Below are positions 1 through 15,799 of a stretch of DNA of 64,000 nt, piece by piece. Origin of the DNA: the human T2T-CHM13v2.0 reference genome, Homo sapiens; the NCBI RefSeq assembly GCF_009914755.1, contig NC_060932.1; one strand, written 5' to 3'. A program made the translations under genes and the position numbers. The stretch's first letter is position 1; every line of letters starts with the position of its first letter. Under the pieces are notes generated by a model. The model made no database searches and was not told where the DNA came from. It saw only the letters and a program-made list of their open reading frames with translations.

Positions 1-317
1 CTGCACTTCCCTTCAGGGATGGCAGAGCACTAGCTGATGTGGGGAGGGCAGCTTCCCCCATGAGCCTGCCAGATAATGACTTTGAAACCTCCTATGGTTT
101 GACATGAAAGGTCACACATAGGATCTTGGCCTGGAGCCAGACACCTCATTTCCTGGTTGAAATTTGTAATGCTAAAATTTTAAGTTACGCAGTCCTACCC
201 AAATCTGATATTTTTATTTTCACAACACAGTTTCCTTCATTTTCCTAATGGATAAATGGACGGCTTATTTTCATATGAATTGATAGTATCAACAAAGAGA
301 AAGAAACAAAGAGATCA

Positions 318-615
<298 letters not shown>

Positions 616-1066
616 AAGACACAAAGAGATCAAATACGGGACTTTGCATTTCAGCCAATAATAAAATATGTGCAATAATTTGCTTTGTTTCAATCTTCTC
701 ATTTTCTTCAGGTGTTTTAGAATACTAAGAGGAATTTTTAGTAAGGAAATATGTAGATTAGATGTTTGAAGAGAATATATTGATTTGACAATTCTAAATT
801 TTTTTTCTGAAGAATCTGACCTTTTACAAAATCCCAATGAAGACCATACTCCACTGAATCAAATAATCCTTTTCTTATCCATTACTATGTCCCCTCAGAG
901 AAGGCAAAACATAAGTATGTAATTTTGCTGCTATGACAGACAGAAGAGTCTTGCTGGAGGCCACTGGCAAACACATTAATCACTGAAGCACCTCAACTCC
1001 TCGGACCCTCAATAAATACCTCTACCCCCTAAGAGAGATTTACTGTTGTTGTGTTCTGTTGTTGTG

Positions 1067-2173
<1,107 letters not shown>

Positions 2174-2619
2174 CTATGGGTGGGTCCAAATGTGGGAGCT
2201 TGGTGTTTGGCTTGCCCCTGTGAATAGCCCCATCCTGTCTGCTTGGGCCAATGCTCCCACCTAACAGAGGGACTGTTCCCCAGGAAGGTCAGCAGCCTTT
2301 CATGGGAGTACATGTTGGTTTCAGGTCAAATCCATCCCCCAGAGAATTGCAATATCATACACAGAGAATGTATTGCAGTGTCTGAAGAGAGTTGCACCAA
2401 GGACTCAGAATCTGACTCCCACCCCGTCAACTGGCCATAGTCTTGTGCATGTCTGCATTCATACCTTACATGCCTCCATTCCAAGTCCTCCATATTAGGC
2501 TGCCCTTAGCCTTGGGTCCATCTTCTGAGATCACCTTATTAGGAAGCAATGAAGAGGTGGCAGAAGCTGCTTAAACTTTACAGCCTCCTCCGAGTAAGAG
2601 ATCGCCAGTCCCTACATTA

Positions 2620-2840
2620 AGATGAGCATGTAATACCACATGCCAGACATTAACCAATTTATTTATAATTCATTTAAACATAAATTTTGTGCATGAGCTA
2701 GGTGTTATTATTATTATTTATCTTACTTTTAGATGTGGAAACAAAGAGGCAGAGAGAGGGAAAAACTTGGCCAAGGAAACACATGTAATAAGTGGTAACA
2801 CTGGGATATGGCTCCAAGCTGTCTGGACGTTTTACCACCA
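2620..2840 (-). mobile_element. MIR
   Basis: tttagatgtggaaaca..gaggcagagagaggg..aacttggccaagg MIR core. Confidence 0.6.
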
Positions 2841-4866
2841 TGCCAAACCCATCTCTCAGTGAAGCCAGGGGACTGAATTCACACAGGTGTTTGATATCAT
2901 CCAATGCCTCCAATCAGATGACTTAACAGAAGACAGATCCTTTCTCAAAAGCACCACAGTTACCTACACAACAAAAAGATTTCATTTAAAACCTAGCATC
3001 CCATCCTCCTGCCAAGTCTGGGCCCAAAACTTAGCATGAAGTGAAGGGGCTTACATCTTTTTACAACAAAGTGTGGGATGAGAAGAGATAGAGGACCACA
3101 GTTAAATTGAGAAGATTTCTTCAAAATTGCACACTTTAAGTAGATTGATCTTTTTCCCTTAAAAAAATGGAATTTTAAAAGATTTACTTACAGCTTTGTG
3201 CACACTTACATCCTCCTCCAGATTCCTCTGTTTTATGACAAAGACAACACAGGACATAGATGGTTTAGGCATCTTCCCTATGGGGACTCCAGATAGAAGA
3301 TTCCTATTCCACATAACTTTATCCTACTTGTCAACTATCAGAGTCCAAAATCTACTAAATACTGTAGGAGGGTGGGCATGGCCAAGCATACACGTGCTGA
3401 AACTACATGGTTAATTTTAAATTTGATTAAAGAGCACATAGAAAATCATTTCTGTATATTTAATTTACATGCCATATACCCACTCCCCACATATGCACAG
3501 CTTTCCCCACCATCAGTATCCCATACCAAGGGGTTTATGGAAACTCTCTGTACTTTCTGCTCAATTTTGCTATGACCGTAAAACTGTTCTAAAAAAATAA
3601 AATGTTTAATTAATAAAAATTCTGCATCAGAGTGTTACATTTATTACAAGTGTAATATATTGAACATCATCATTACCAAAAGCCCATCATTTTACATTAG
3701 GGTTCACTCTGGCATTTACATTAGGGTTCACTCTTGACACTGTACATTCTATGGATTTGGACTAATGTATAATGACCTCCATCCATCATTATAGTATCAT
3801 ACAGAATAGTTTCATTGCCCTAAAAAATCCCCTGTCTTCCACCTATTCATCTGTTCCTCCCTATAGTCCCTGACAATCACTGATTCTTTTACTATACTCA
3901 TATTTTTGCCTTTTCCAGAATGTTATGTAGCTGAAATCAGTAAGTAGCCTTTTTAGACTAGCTCCTTTCACTTAGTAATGTGCACTTAAGTTTCCTCCAT
4001 GTCTTTTTACTACTCAACTCCAAGATTTGGCATAAAACTACAGTGATAAAAGGTGTGTGGTACTAGCAAAAGAATAGACAAATAGCACATCGCTCAATAG
4101 GATAGAATAGAGAACCCAGCAATAGTCTTCGTAGCTAGTTTCTTTTTAGACCGCATATTTCATTGTCTAGATATACCACAGTTTATCCATTCACCTGATG
4201 AAGGACATCTTGGTTGCTTCCAAATTTTGGCAATTATAGATAAAGCTGCTATAAACAGCCATGTTCAGATTTTTGTGCAAACATGTTTTAAACTGTTTTG
4301 CATGAATACCAAAAGGCGTGATTGCTGGATCATATGGTAAGAATATGTTTAGTTTTCTAAGAAACTGCCAAACTGTCTTCCAAAGCATCTGGACCATTTT
4401 GTATTCCCACCAGGAATAAATTAAAGTTTCTGTTGAACTCAGAATCCTCAACACATCCTCACCAGAATTTGGCGTTGTCAGCGTTTTTGGAATTTGGCCA
4501 TTCTAATAGGTGTGTAATGGTATCCCATCGTTGTTTTAATTTGCAATACCTTAGTGACATATGATGTTGAACATCTTGTATTTGCCTACTTACCTCTGTA
4601 TATCTTGTTTGGTGAGCTGTGTATTCAGATCTTTGGGCCATTTTTTAATAGAGTTATTCATTTTCTTATAGCTGAGTTTTAAGAGTTATTTGTATATTTA
4701 GGATAACAGTCCTTTATCAGATGCCTCTTTTGCATATGTTTTTTCCCAGAATGTGACTTATCTTCTCCTTCTCTTGAAACTGTCTCAGAGCAGAACTTTT
4801 TAATTTTAATTAAGTTCAGCTTATAAATTATTTCTTTCAAGGAACATGTTTTTGGTGTTGTATTTA

Positions 4867-5177
4867 TTTATTTATTATTTAATTTTTTAGTTTTTTGAGA
4901 CAGAAGCTCGCTCTGTCGCCCAGGCTGGAGTACAATGACGCGATCTCTGCTCAATGCAACCTCCGCCTCCCAGGCTCAGTGATTCTCCTGCCTCAATCCC
5001 CCTAGTAGCTAGCATTATAGGCATCCATCACCCTGTCTGGCTAATTTTTGTATTTTTAGTAGAGACAGGGTTTCACCATATTGGCCAGGCTGGTCTCGAA
5101 CTCTTTGCCTTAAGTGATCTGCCCACCTCGGTCTCCCAGAGTGCTGAGAATACAGGTGTGAGCCACTATGCCCTGCC
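4867..5177 (-). mobile_element. Alu (AluS/J)
   Basis: Full dimer; perfect TSD tggtgttgtattta (4853-4866 / 5178-5191). Confidence 0.95.
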
Positions 5178-6833
5178 TGGTGTTGTATTTAAAAAGATAT
5201 TGCCATACCCAAGATCACCTAGATTTTTTTTTTACATATTCAAGGAATTTTATAGTTTTGTGTTTTACATTTAAGTCTATAATGCATTTTGAATTAATTT
5301 TTAAGGAGTGTATTCATATTTTTGCATATGGATGTCCTATTTTTCCAGGATCATTTGTTGAAGACTATCTTTGCTCCATTATGCTACCTTTGCTCCTTTA
5401 TCAAAGATCAGTTGACTATACTTATGTGGGGCTGTTTCTGGGCTCTCTATTCTGTTCCATTGAGCTATTTGTCTATTTCTGTGCCAATACCACTCTCTCT
5501 ATTACTGTATTACTTTATTACTAAAGCTTTATACTAAGTCTTGAAGTTTGGTAGTAACAGTCTGCCAACTTTTTTCTTCTTTACATAGTGTTGGCTATTC
5601 TAGGACGTATTGCTCTCCATATAAACTGTAGATTTGGTTGTTTGGCATCCACAAGATAACTTTCTGGGATTTTGATTGGAATTTTGTTGAATCTATAGAT
5701 TAAGTTGGGAAAGACTGACATGGTGATGATATTGAGTCTCCCTATCCACAAACATGAGGTGTGTCTTCTATTATTTAGTCTTTTGATTTCTTTAGTCAGA
5801 GCTTTGTAATTTTCCTCATAAATATCTTGTGCATATTTTGTTAGATTTATACCTAAGTATTTCATTTTATGGGGTTCTAATGTAAATGGTATTGTGTTTT
5901 TAATTGCAAATGCCACTTATTCATTGCTAGTATATAGGAAAGTGATTGACTTTTGTATGTTAACCGCTTATCTGCAACCTTGGAATAATTGTTTATTATT
6001 TCCAGGAGTTTTATGGGTTGTTTTTTTTTTTTTTTTTTTTTTTTTCAGATTTTCTACATAGAAGATCATGTCATCTGTGAAAAAAGACAGTTTCAGTTCT
6101 CTGTTCCTAATACCTCTTATTTATTTTTGTTGTCATATTACATTAGCTAAGAATTTAAGTACAATGTTGAATAGAAGTGGTAAGAGGAATATCCTTGCCT
6201 TGTTCTTGATCTTAGCAGAAAAACTTATAGGCTGTCATCAAATATGATGTTAGCTGTAGGTTTTTTGTAGATGTTTTTTACCAAGTTGATTTTGTTTCCA
6301 AGTTAATTGATTTTTGCTCTAATTTTTATTATTTCTTTTCTTCTACTTACTTTGGATTTAAATTGCTCTTCTTTTTCTAGTTTCCTAAAGTTGAAACTTA
6401 GATTATTAATTTTAGATCTTTCTTTTTTCTAATACTTGTATTCAATTCCTAGTTTCTTCTCACTTCTAGTTTGCTGAAAGTTTGTAATTATAAATGGGTA
6501 TTGGATTTTGTCAAATGCTTTCTGTGTACCTACGATCCTGTGATTTTTCTTCTTTAGCATGCTGATGTGATGAATTACATTAGTTGATATTAGAAAAGTA
6601 AATTAGCCTTCTATAACTGGGATAAATCTCACTTAGTCATGATGCAGAACTCTTTTTATACATTGTTGAATTCAAGTTACTAATATTTTGTTGAAGTTTT
6701 TGTGTCTATGGCCTGCAGTTTTCTTCTCTTGTAATGTCTTTGTCTGGCTTTTGTATTAGGATAATGCTGGCCTCCTAAAATGAGTTAGATCACATACCCT
6801 CTGCCTCTATTTTCTGGAACAGATTTTAGAGAA

Positions 6834-7126
<293 letters not shown>

Positions 7127-9232
7127 ACTAAAGAATTTATATCATTTCTTCCTTAAATGTTTGGTAGGATTCACCAGTGAACCCATTTGAGCTTGGTGCT
7201 TTTTGTTTGGGAAGATTAATTATAGATTCCGTTTCTTAATAGATATAGCCCTGTTTAAATTATCTATTTCTTCTTGTGTGAATTTTGGCAGACATGTCTT
7301 TCAAGGAATTGATCTGGTTTATCTAGGTGGTCCAATTTGTTTACAATATTATTCTATTGTCTTTTTGATGCCTATGGATGTGTAGTGATGTCCCCTCTTT
7401 CAGTTTTGATGTTAGTAATTTGTGTCTTCTCCCTTTTTTTCTTAGCCTGGCTACAGGTGTATCAATGTTATTGATTTTTTTTATTTCTATTCAATAGCTT
7501 CCTATTAAACTTATGGTTTGTTGATTTTCTCTACTGATTTTTTCCAATTTCATTGATTTTTGCTCTAATTTTTATTGTTTCTTTTCTTCTACTTACTTTG
7601 GATTTAAATTGCTCTTCTTTTTCTAGTTTCCTAAAGTAGGAGCTTAGATTATTTATTTTATATGTTGCTTTTATCTAATGTTTGTATTCAATGCTATACA
7701 GTTCTCTTTAAGCAGTGCTTTCTCTGCATATCACAAATTTTGTTGTTTTATTTTTATTTTCATTTAGTTTGAAATATTTTTAAAACTTCCTTTGAGGCTT
7801 CTTCTTTGACTCATGTTATTTCGAAGGATGTTGCTTAATCTGTAAGTATTTGGAGATTTTCCAGCTATCTTTCCATGATTTATTTCTAGTTTAATCCCAC
7901 TGTGGTCTGAGAGCAGACATTGTATGATTTGTATGCTTTAAATTGTGTTAAGTTGTGTTTTATGGCCCAGAATTTGTTCTTTCCTGCTGAATGTTCCATG
8001 TGAGCTTGAGAAGAATGTATATTCTACTGTTGCTGGATGAAATAGTCAATAGATGTCAATTATATCCATCTGTTGATGGTTGTGTTGAGTTCAACTACGT
8101 TCTTACTGATTTTCTGCCTGCTGGATCTGTCCATTTCTGAACAGGGACATTGAAGTCTCCAAGTACAATAGTGGATTTTTCTATTTCTCTTTGCTCTTCT
8201 ATCAGTTTTTGCCTCACATATGTTGATGCTCTTTCCTTAGGCCCATACACATTAAGGATTATTATGTTTTCCTGGGGAAGTGATCCCTTTGTGATTATGT
8301 AATGTCGAACTTTATCCCTGATAATTTTCCTTCTTCTGAAGTTGGCTCTGTCAATAATTATTATAGCTATTTCCTATTTCTTTTGATTAATGTTAACATG
8401 GAATATTTTTTTCCACCCCATTACTTTTTATCTGTATGTGTTTTTACATTTAAAGAGGGTTTCTTATAGACAACATGTAGTTGGGTCTTGTTTTCAGATC
8501 CACTCTGACAACCTCTGTCTTTTAATTGGTATACTTAGATCATTGGCATTTAAAGTAATTACTGATATAGTTGGATTAATGTCTACCATATTCATTGCTG
8601 TTTTCTATTTGTTACCTTTGTTCTTTGTTTCTATTTTTGTCTTCCACCCTTTTCTTCCTTTTGTGGTTTTAATTGAGCATTTTATATAAGTTTATTCTCC
8701 TTTCTTATCAGATCAATTATACTTTCTTTAACTTTTTTTTTTAGTGATTGCCCTAGACTTTGTAATATACATTCACAACAATTTCATGTCCACTTTCAAA
8801 TAACACTATACCAGTTCCCAGGTAGAGTGAGTGCCTCATAATAGTAAAATAGTCCTAGTTTATCTTCCCATGCCTTGTATCACTACTTATTTATTTTACT
8901 CATACAGAAGCATATGTAAACATATATAATCAAATATATTATTATTATGAATAAGCTATTGTCTATTAGATCAGTTAAGAATAAGCAAAACTAAAATGTT
9001 TATTTTATCTTCACTTACTCCTTCTCTGATGCTCTTTCTTTCTTTATGTGGATACAAGTTTCTCTAACCTATATTACTTTACAGCTCTCTAAAGAATTTC
9101 TTGTCAACAAATTATCTCAATTTTTTATTTTATAATAAAATCTTTATTTCTTCTTCAGTTTAAAGGGATAATTTCACAGGGTGCAGAATTTTAGGTTGGT
9201 GAAGGTCTTTTCTTAACAGTAAATACTTCTCT

Positions 9233-9703
9233 CTTTTTAATTTTACTTTAAGTTCTGGGATACATGTGCAGAACTTGCAAGTTTGTTACACAGGTATACC
9301 ATAGTGGTTTGCTGTACCCATCAACCTATCATCTAGGTTTTAAGCCCTGCATGCATTAAGTATTTGTCCTAATGCTCTCTCCCTCCTTGGCCTCCACCCC
9401 CGACAGACCCCAGTGTGTGATGTTCTCCTCCCTGGGTCCCTGTGTTCTCATTGTTCAACTCCCACTTAGGAGTGAGAACATGCAGTGTTTGGTTTTCTGT
9501 TCTGTGTTAGTTTGCTGAGGATGATGGCCTCCAGCTTCATCCACATCTCTACAAAGGACATGAACTCACTCTTTTTTATGGCTGCATAGTATTCCATGGT
9601 GTCTATGTGTCACATTTTCTTTATCCTGTCTATTATTGATGGACATTTGGGTTGGTTCCAAGTCTTTGCTATTGTAAATAGTGCTGCAATAAACATATGT
9701 GTG
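9233..9703 (-). mobile_element. L1PA8-like 3' fragment
   Basis: ctaggttttaagccctgcatgcatt 3'UTR signature; degenerate TSD aacagtaaatacttc / aacactaaatatttc. Confidence 0.88.
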
Positions 9704-11657
9704 TACTGAACACTAAATATTTCACTTCTCTCTCTTCTTGCTTTCATGGTTTCCAAGGATAAGTCAGTTGTAATTCTTTTCTCCTCTGTAAGTAAAGTGT
9801 TGTGTTTTTTTTCTGCCTCTGGTTTTTTTCAGAACTTTTTTCCTTATCTTTGATTTTCTGATTTTAAGTTATGAATCTCTGTATCTACCTGCTTCTCTTC
9901 TATGATAGGCCTGTATGTAGTTTTTTTGGCATTTATCCTGTTCTTGGAGCTTCTTGGATCTGTGGGTTGATATCTGATATTAATTTAAGAAACTCTTCAG
10001 TCATTGTTACTGCAAGTATTACTTCTGCTCCTTTCTCTCTTTTTTCTCCTTCTGCTCTTCTTATTACACATATTTTATACCTTTTGTAGTTGTCCCACTG
10101 TTTTTAAATAACCTGTTCTTGTTTTTTAAATAACTGTTATTGTTTCTTAGTTTTTTTATTTGCTTTTTCATTTTGAAGGTTTCTGTTGATATATGCGCAA
10201 GCTCAGAGATTTTCCTCAGCTGTGTCTAGTCTAGTAATGAGCCCAACAAAAGCATCCTTTATTTCTTATACAATGTTTTTTATCTCTAGCATTTCCTTTT
10301 ACTTTTTTCTTAGAATTCCATTTCTCTGCTTACATTGTCCTTGTGTTTTGCATGCTGACCAATTTTTTCATTAAACCCCTTAGCATATTAATAATAGTTG
10401 TTTCAAATTTTTATTCCAGTAATTCCAACATTCATGCCATTTCTGAGTCTGGCTCTGATACTTCCTTTGTCTCTTCAAACTAAGAAGTTTGAAGTTCTCT
10501 TTTAGTATGCCTTGTAATTGTTTTCTGATAGCTGGACGTAAGTGCAGAGCAGAAGGAAACATGATAAATGTGCCTTTAACGATGTGGTGGTAAGGTGTAG
10601 GGGGAAGTGATGCATTTTACAGCCTTGCGATTAAGTCTCAGTTTTTGAGCCTCTGAATTGTGACCTTCACAAATAAGTCTTAGTTTTTTGCTCTCCCACT
10701 TAGATGAGAAAGGATTAGTAAAGCAGGCTAGAGTTGGGTATTTCTCTTTCCCCAGGTCATTAGGTTCTGATAAAATCCTAATAGTTTAGGTCATGTTTAA
10801 AATAAAAGTTTCTCTTGAGAGCAGGGCTTGTTAAGAACAGAATGCTCTGACATATTTCAAAACGGTTTCTTTTCCCCTAGCCCTGCTGAGGGCACAAGGG
10901 GATTTTTCTCTAATACTCACTGTGAGAACTTGGTGGAGCTCCTGTAAATAAAACTTACAAAAATGTGTGGGGTCCTCATTTTTTAACTTTCAAATGGTCC
11001 ACTGTAAGCCTCCAACAATTCATCAATTACGGTCCAAAGTTTTCTACCCGGTTTAGGTTTCTGTTCCATTAAGTTGTGATTCTCTGTACCTACGTGCATA
11101 TCTCCAATTTTGGGAGCAGTGGTTTGCCCTGCAACCTTACTTCTCTGAGTATCTAAGAAGAGTTGTTGATTTTTCAGTTTTTCTAGCTTTTATTGTTGGA
11201 GCATGGACTGACGACTTCTAAGCTTTTTCCCTTCCAGACCAGAAATGTAACCTTTAAAAACAAAATTGCTAACTTTAGGCATCTTTAAAAGTGAATATGT
11301 TTTGTGATTTAGCTTTTTGCCATCTATTTCAACCCTTCCTATCTGAAGTTTTGTATTAGTCCACTAGAACAATTTTTAGTTGTCTTGCTTCTTAGCTTAT
11401 ATCAGTCTTTCTTACTTTTAGAGCAATGAGTTATGTATTTATGTGTTATTCTGTGTTGTTTATTCAACAAACAGGTTTTTAATGAGACCTTCTTACCTTT
11501 TGTTGAACTGATTTGAGAGGTTCCAAAGAATTATTTTCAATTTTTAGCAAAAGTTTCTTAGACAAATGCTGTGTGTCAGCAATGGACTAGATGCAAAGTT
11601 ACAAAGAAAAATAAAATAAAGTAACAGTACAATAAAAATTCAAAATTTTATTGAACA

Positions 11658-12050
<393 letters not shown>

Positions 12051-13612
12051 TCAGGATGAGAGATAGTAAATAGTAGATTCTCCCAAGGAGGGAGCCATCA
12101 CTTCTCACTGATAAAATCTAACCATTATTGAACAACTGATATGCCACTTTTGGATAAGTATGTTTTTAGTGATTAAAAAGTACCTAAGGAAGTGAAGAAA
12201 TATTTTTTCTGGTTCTTGTAAGTTGAGAAAAACTAGTTAGGTAATGTTTCATTTAGAAATGCAGAATAGACACAACATAGAATTCCAGAGAAGATCGAGG
12301 TGATCTCAGGAAGCCTTCATGACAGAGCACCTAGGATAGACCTTGAGCAACGGCCAGGATTCGGAGAGGAGAATTTGGTGAGCAAAGGTCTGACATTGGG
12401 ATGAGCGTGGCATAACTTTTAATTAGGTTTGGGTTTGAAAAGAAAGAAAATATATCTTATTAATATTTCTGGTTCCATGTTGAGAGGCCACAGTGGAATG
12501 GTATAAAAAAAAACAAAGTTTCTCAATATGATTTTGGTTGGTTTCAAGACAGAGAAAATATATATTAATACAAGCTCTATATTCACCTTCCCAATTAGAG
12601 TGTGGTGTGTAGAAAAGGCTGTAAAAATAATTTATCTTGAACATGTTCTTTAGTTGAATAGGTGATAGTTTCAGCTGTTGGAATCCACAACTACCCTTCT
12701 TCAATCAGTTGATCTGAAGCAGCATTAAAATGTTCTGATAAGCTCCCTTGGAAGGATAGTAAGCCAACATTTACTAAACATTTAAAAACACTGCCCTTCC
12801 AAGGGGATTATGGAAGCATTTTTATGCTCTCTGATAGCAAATAAGTATACTCAATACCAAATAGATGTTTAGCAAATAAGCATTGATAGCTCTGTCTTTG
12901 TTTGTAATTGTCCTTTTGTTAGCTAATTTGAGCAACAATGAAAGGATATGTCATACAGGTACTTTCCTCATTCAAGCCCACTGCCTACATGCAGGATGCA
13001 GGTCACAATTCTCTGTTCAGGCCAGTTCTTCCTTTCAACTAACTTATGTTTCATGAAGTTATTTTCTAATTTATTGAAAAGTAGTTTCTCTGCCCACAAT
13101 GAAAGTACTTTATTTTCCTCTGTGCTCCTTATACAATAGTGTAGAAAGAGCATCCAGGTATGAAATGTATATAAACAAAGAATTAGCATTCCATACTTGA
13201 GTTTTCATCTCTTCCACCTGGAGCACCATTAGATGTTGATGCTCTTGGAATGAACCTGCTTGCACACTCACCAGCAGCCTCTCATCAATAGGAGAGGGAC
13301 AGGATTGAGGTACCCTCTCTGCAGGCTTGCCTGTCTACCCAAAAGGGAAGTGGTAACCAAAAAGAAAGGGTGTGGCATTTGTTTTTCATTCCACCCTCTC
13401 ATCACCAAAGTCCTTCCGCACCATTTGCTAATGTGGTATTTCCAAAATTTTATCCCTTTATGATTGTTAAATGGCTTTGTCCCTTTAATTTTCTATCCTT
13501 TGAAGACTACCAGATGTCTGTAGTTTGCTGCATCTGAGAATATCTGAAAGAGAGCAAGGTGGGAGGGTACCATGATGCTGGACCCTTCTGAAGGCCAATG
13601 GGCAGAGGCAAG

Positions 13613-14156
13613 TATGATAGTTAATATTGTCAACTTGATTGGATTGAAGGATGCAAAGTATTGTTCCTGGGTATGTCTGTGAGGGTGTTGCCAAGGGACA
13701 TTAACATTTGAGTCAGTGAACTGGGAGAGGCAGACCCACCGTCAATGTGGGTGGGCACCATCCAATCAACTGCTAGCACGGCTGCAATAAAGCAGACAGA
13801 AAAAGGTGGGAGAAACTTACTTGCTGAGTCTTCTGGCCTTCATCTTTCTCCTGTGCTGGATGTTTCCTGCCTTTGAACATCAGACTCCAAGTTCTTCAGC
13901 TTTTGGACTCTTGGACTTACAAGAGTGATTTGCCAGGGACACTCTGGCCTTTGGCCACAGACTAAAGGCTGCACTATCAGCTTCTCTACTTTAGAGGTTT
14001 TGGGACTCAGACTGGCTTCCTTGCTCCTCAGCTTGCAGACAGCCTATTGTGGGACTTCACATTGTGATCATGTGAGTCAATTCTCGTAATAAACTCCCCT
14101 TCATATATACACCTATCCTATTAGTTGTGTCCCTCTAGAGAACCCTGACTAATACA
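13613..14156 (+). mobile_element. Solo HERV-L LTR, MLT2A1-like
   Basis: tgtcaacttgattggattgaaggatgcaaagtattg start, gagaaccctgactaataca end; perfect 5-bp TSD gcaag (13608-13612 / 14157-14161). Confidence 0.92.
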
Positions 14157-15799
14157 GCAAGTGTCGCTGCGTGGTGGAAAAATCGAGCCAGCTTGACTTC
14201 ACTATTAACTATTAAAATGCTACATCTAGTTAGCCTTTTGAACAGAGACAAAATTCCTTCCATATTTACCAATTCACATGGTAATTTTACTATTTCTAAG
14301 ATGTAGATAAAAATCCTTCAAAAGCCACAAGATATAGTTTCAGCCTTAAGAATGTGGCTTCTTCCCTCTTTCTCCTTCTTTTCTCTTCATCACACTCTTC
14401 ATCCTCTTTCTCTTCTTCCTTGCCTTCCCCCAGCTTTCTCTTTTTCATCTTCACACAATAAATACTAGCTGAATGATGAGACTAAAGTAGGGATGTCAGG
14501 AAAGACCCTGCTGAAAACTATTTGAGAATCCATGACCAGTGGAATAAGGCTTAAACTCCTGCTATTTGTAGGATTAGAATTGGTAGCAATGGCACAAACA
14601 ACAAAACTAGGGCTGATGAAGATGGGTGACATAGGAGATACAATAGATTCCTAAGGCTGCCTTAATTCATTTTAGCAAGGATTAGATATACTTAATAGTT
14701 CCTTTTTATACAACCATTTAATTACTTTCCTGAGTAGAGGTATCTGTATGTATTATATAATGTAAAATCTTTCCAAATTAGAAAAAAATAATAAACAGAA
14801 ATAAAAAGGAAAGGAAGGAGCATTGTCCTTTAGACAATATTATTTCATAGTCAGATCCTAATATAGGTTAACATTTCAAATGACATCTGCAAAATCTCTT
14901 TCTAAATCTGCTTCCATCATAGTGTTAAATACTTCACATTAACACCATGTGGAGAAAAAGGCAGACATTTTTAAAATTGTCGTCTTATTAACTGATGTGA
15001 GAAAATGTTTCTGAATCTAATGAAGTATGAATTAGTTATATCCTTATATTTTCCAGGCTGTGATTATTAGTACCCTAGTGAAATGCTGAAATCACATGTT
15101 TGAAAATACAGATACAAACATATTTCTGAAGAAAATAAATAAACCAAATCAGGCTTGTTACTCTGGTTCAACAATAAATTCAAATATGAAGAACAGGAAC
15201 TCTTAAATATAAAGATTAGAAAGAAAGGTACTCTCATGTCAAAATCTCAGTTGTTTTATTTGGTAAAAAAAAATAGTTGTTTAATTTGGTAACAAATTAT
15301 TTAGGTCATTGTTTATTCAGACAGTCTTCTATTAGCTTCTCACAAACAAATAGAAGAAGGTGATACTCCTTCCTCTGAGAATCTGTCATTAATTTGGAAA
15401 GGTCAGACACACCAACATAAAAGAGTTAAAAAATGGCAATGAGATTTGTTGGTGGTGATAACTAGTTCTGTGGGTCAATTTCATGACCTAAGAAATAAAG
15501 GGCTGGGGAGGGATCCTTTAACTCAATAGGCTTTATTCCATCTCAAAAGTGTATATCAGTATAAAAAGGTGGTTTAATAAGAGGAAAATAAATTGTATAA
15601 TTTTTTCACATAGCTATCGAGAGTGGACAGCTCTGTACCAAGAAGTGCAGCATGGTTCTAAATGTCACTGAATCAACTTCTCCAGATAAATGCAGAGACC
15701 TACAAATTTGTGCATAAAAGGTTGAGCTCAGGGCAACTTGCTCACCTCACCTCCCATCCATGCTTTTCCCTCTGGGTCAAGGCTCCTCCATGTCCGTAC

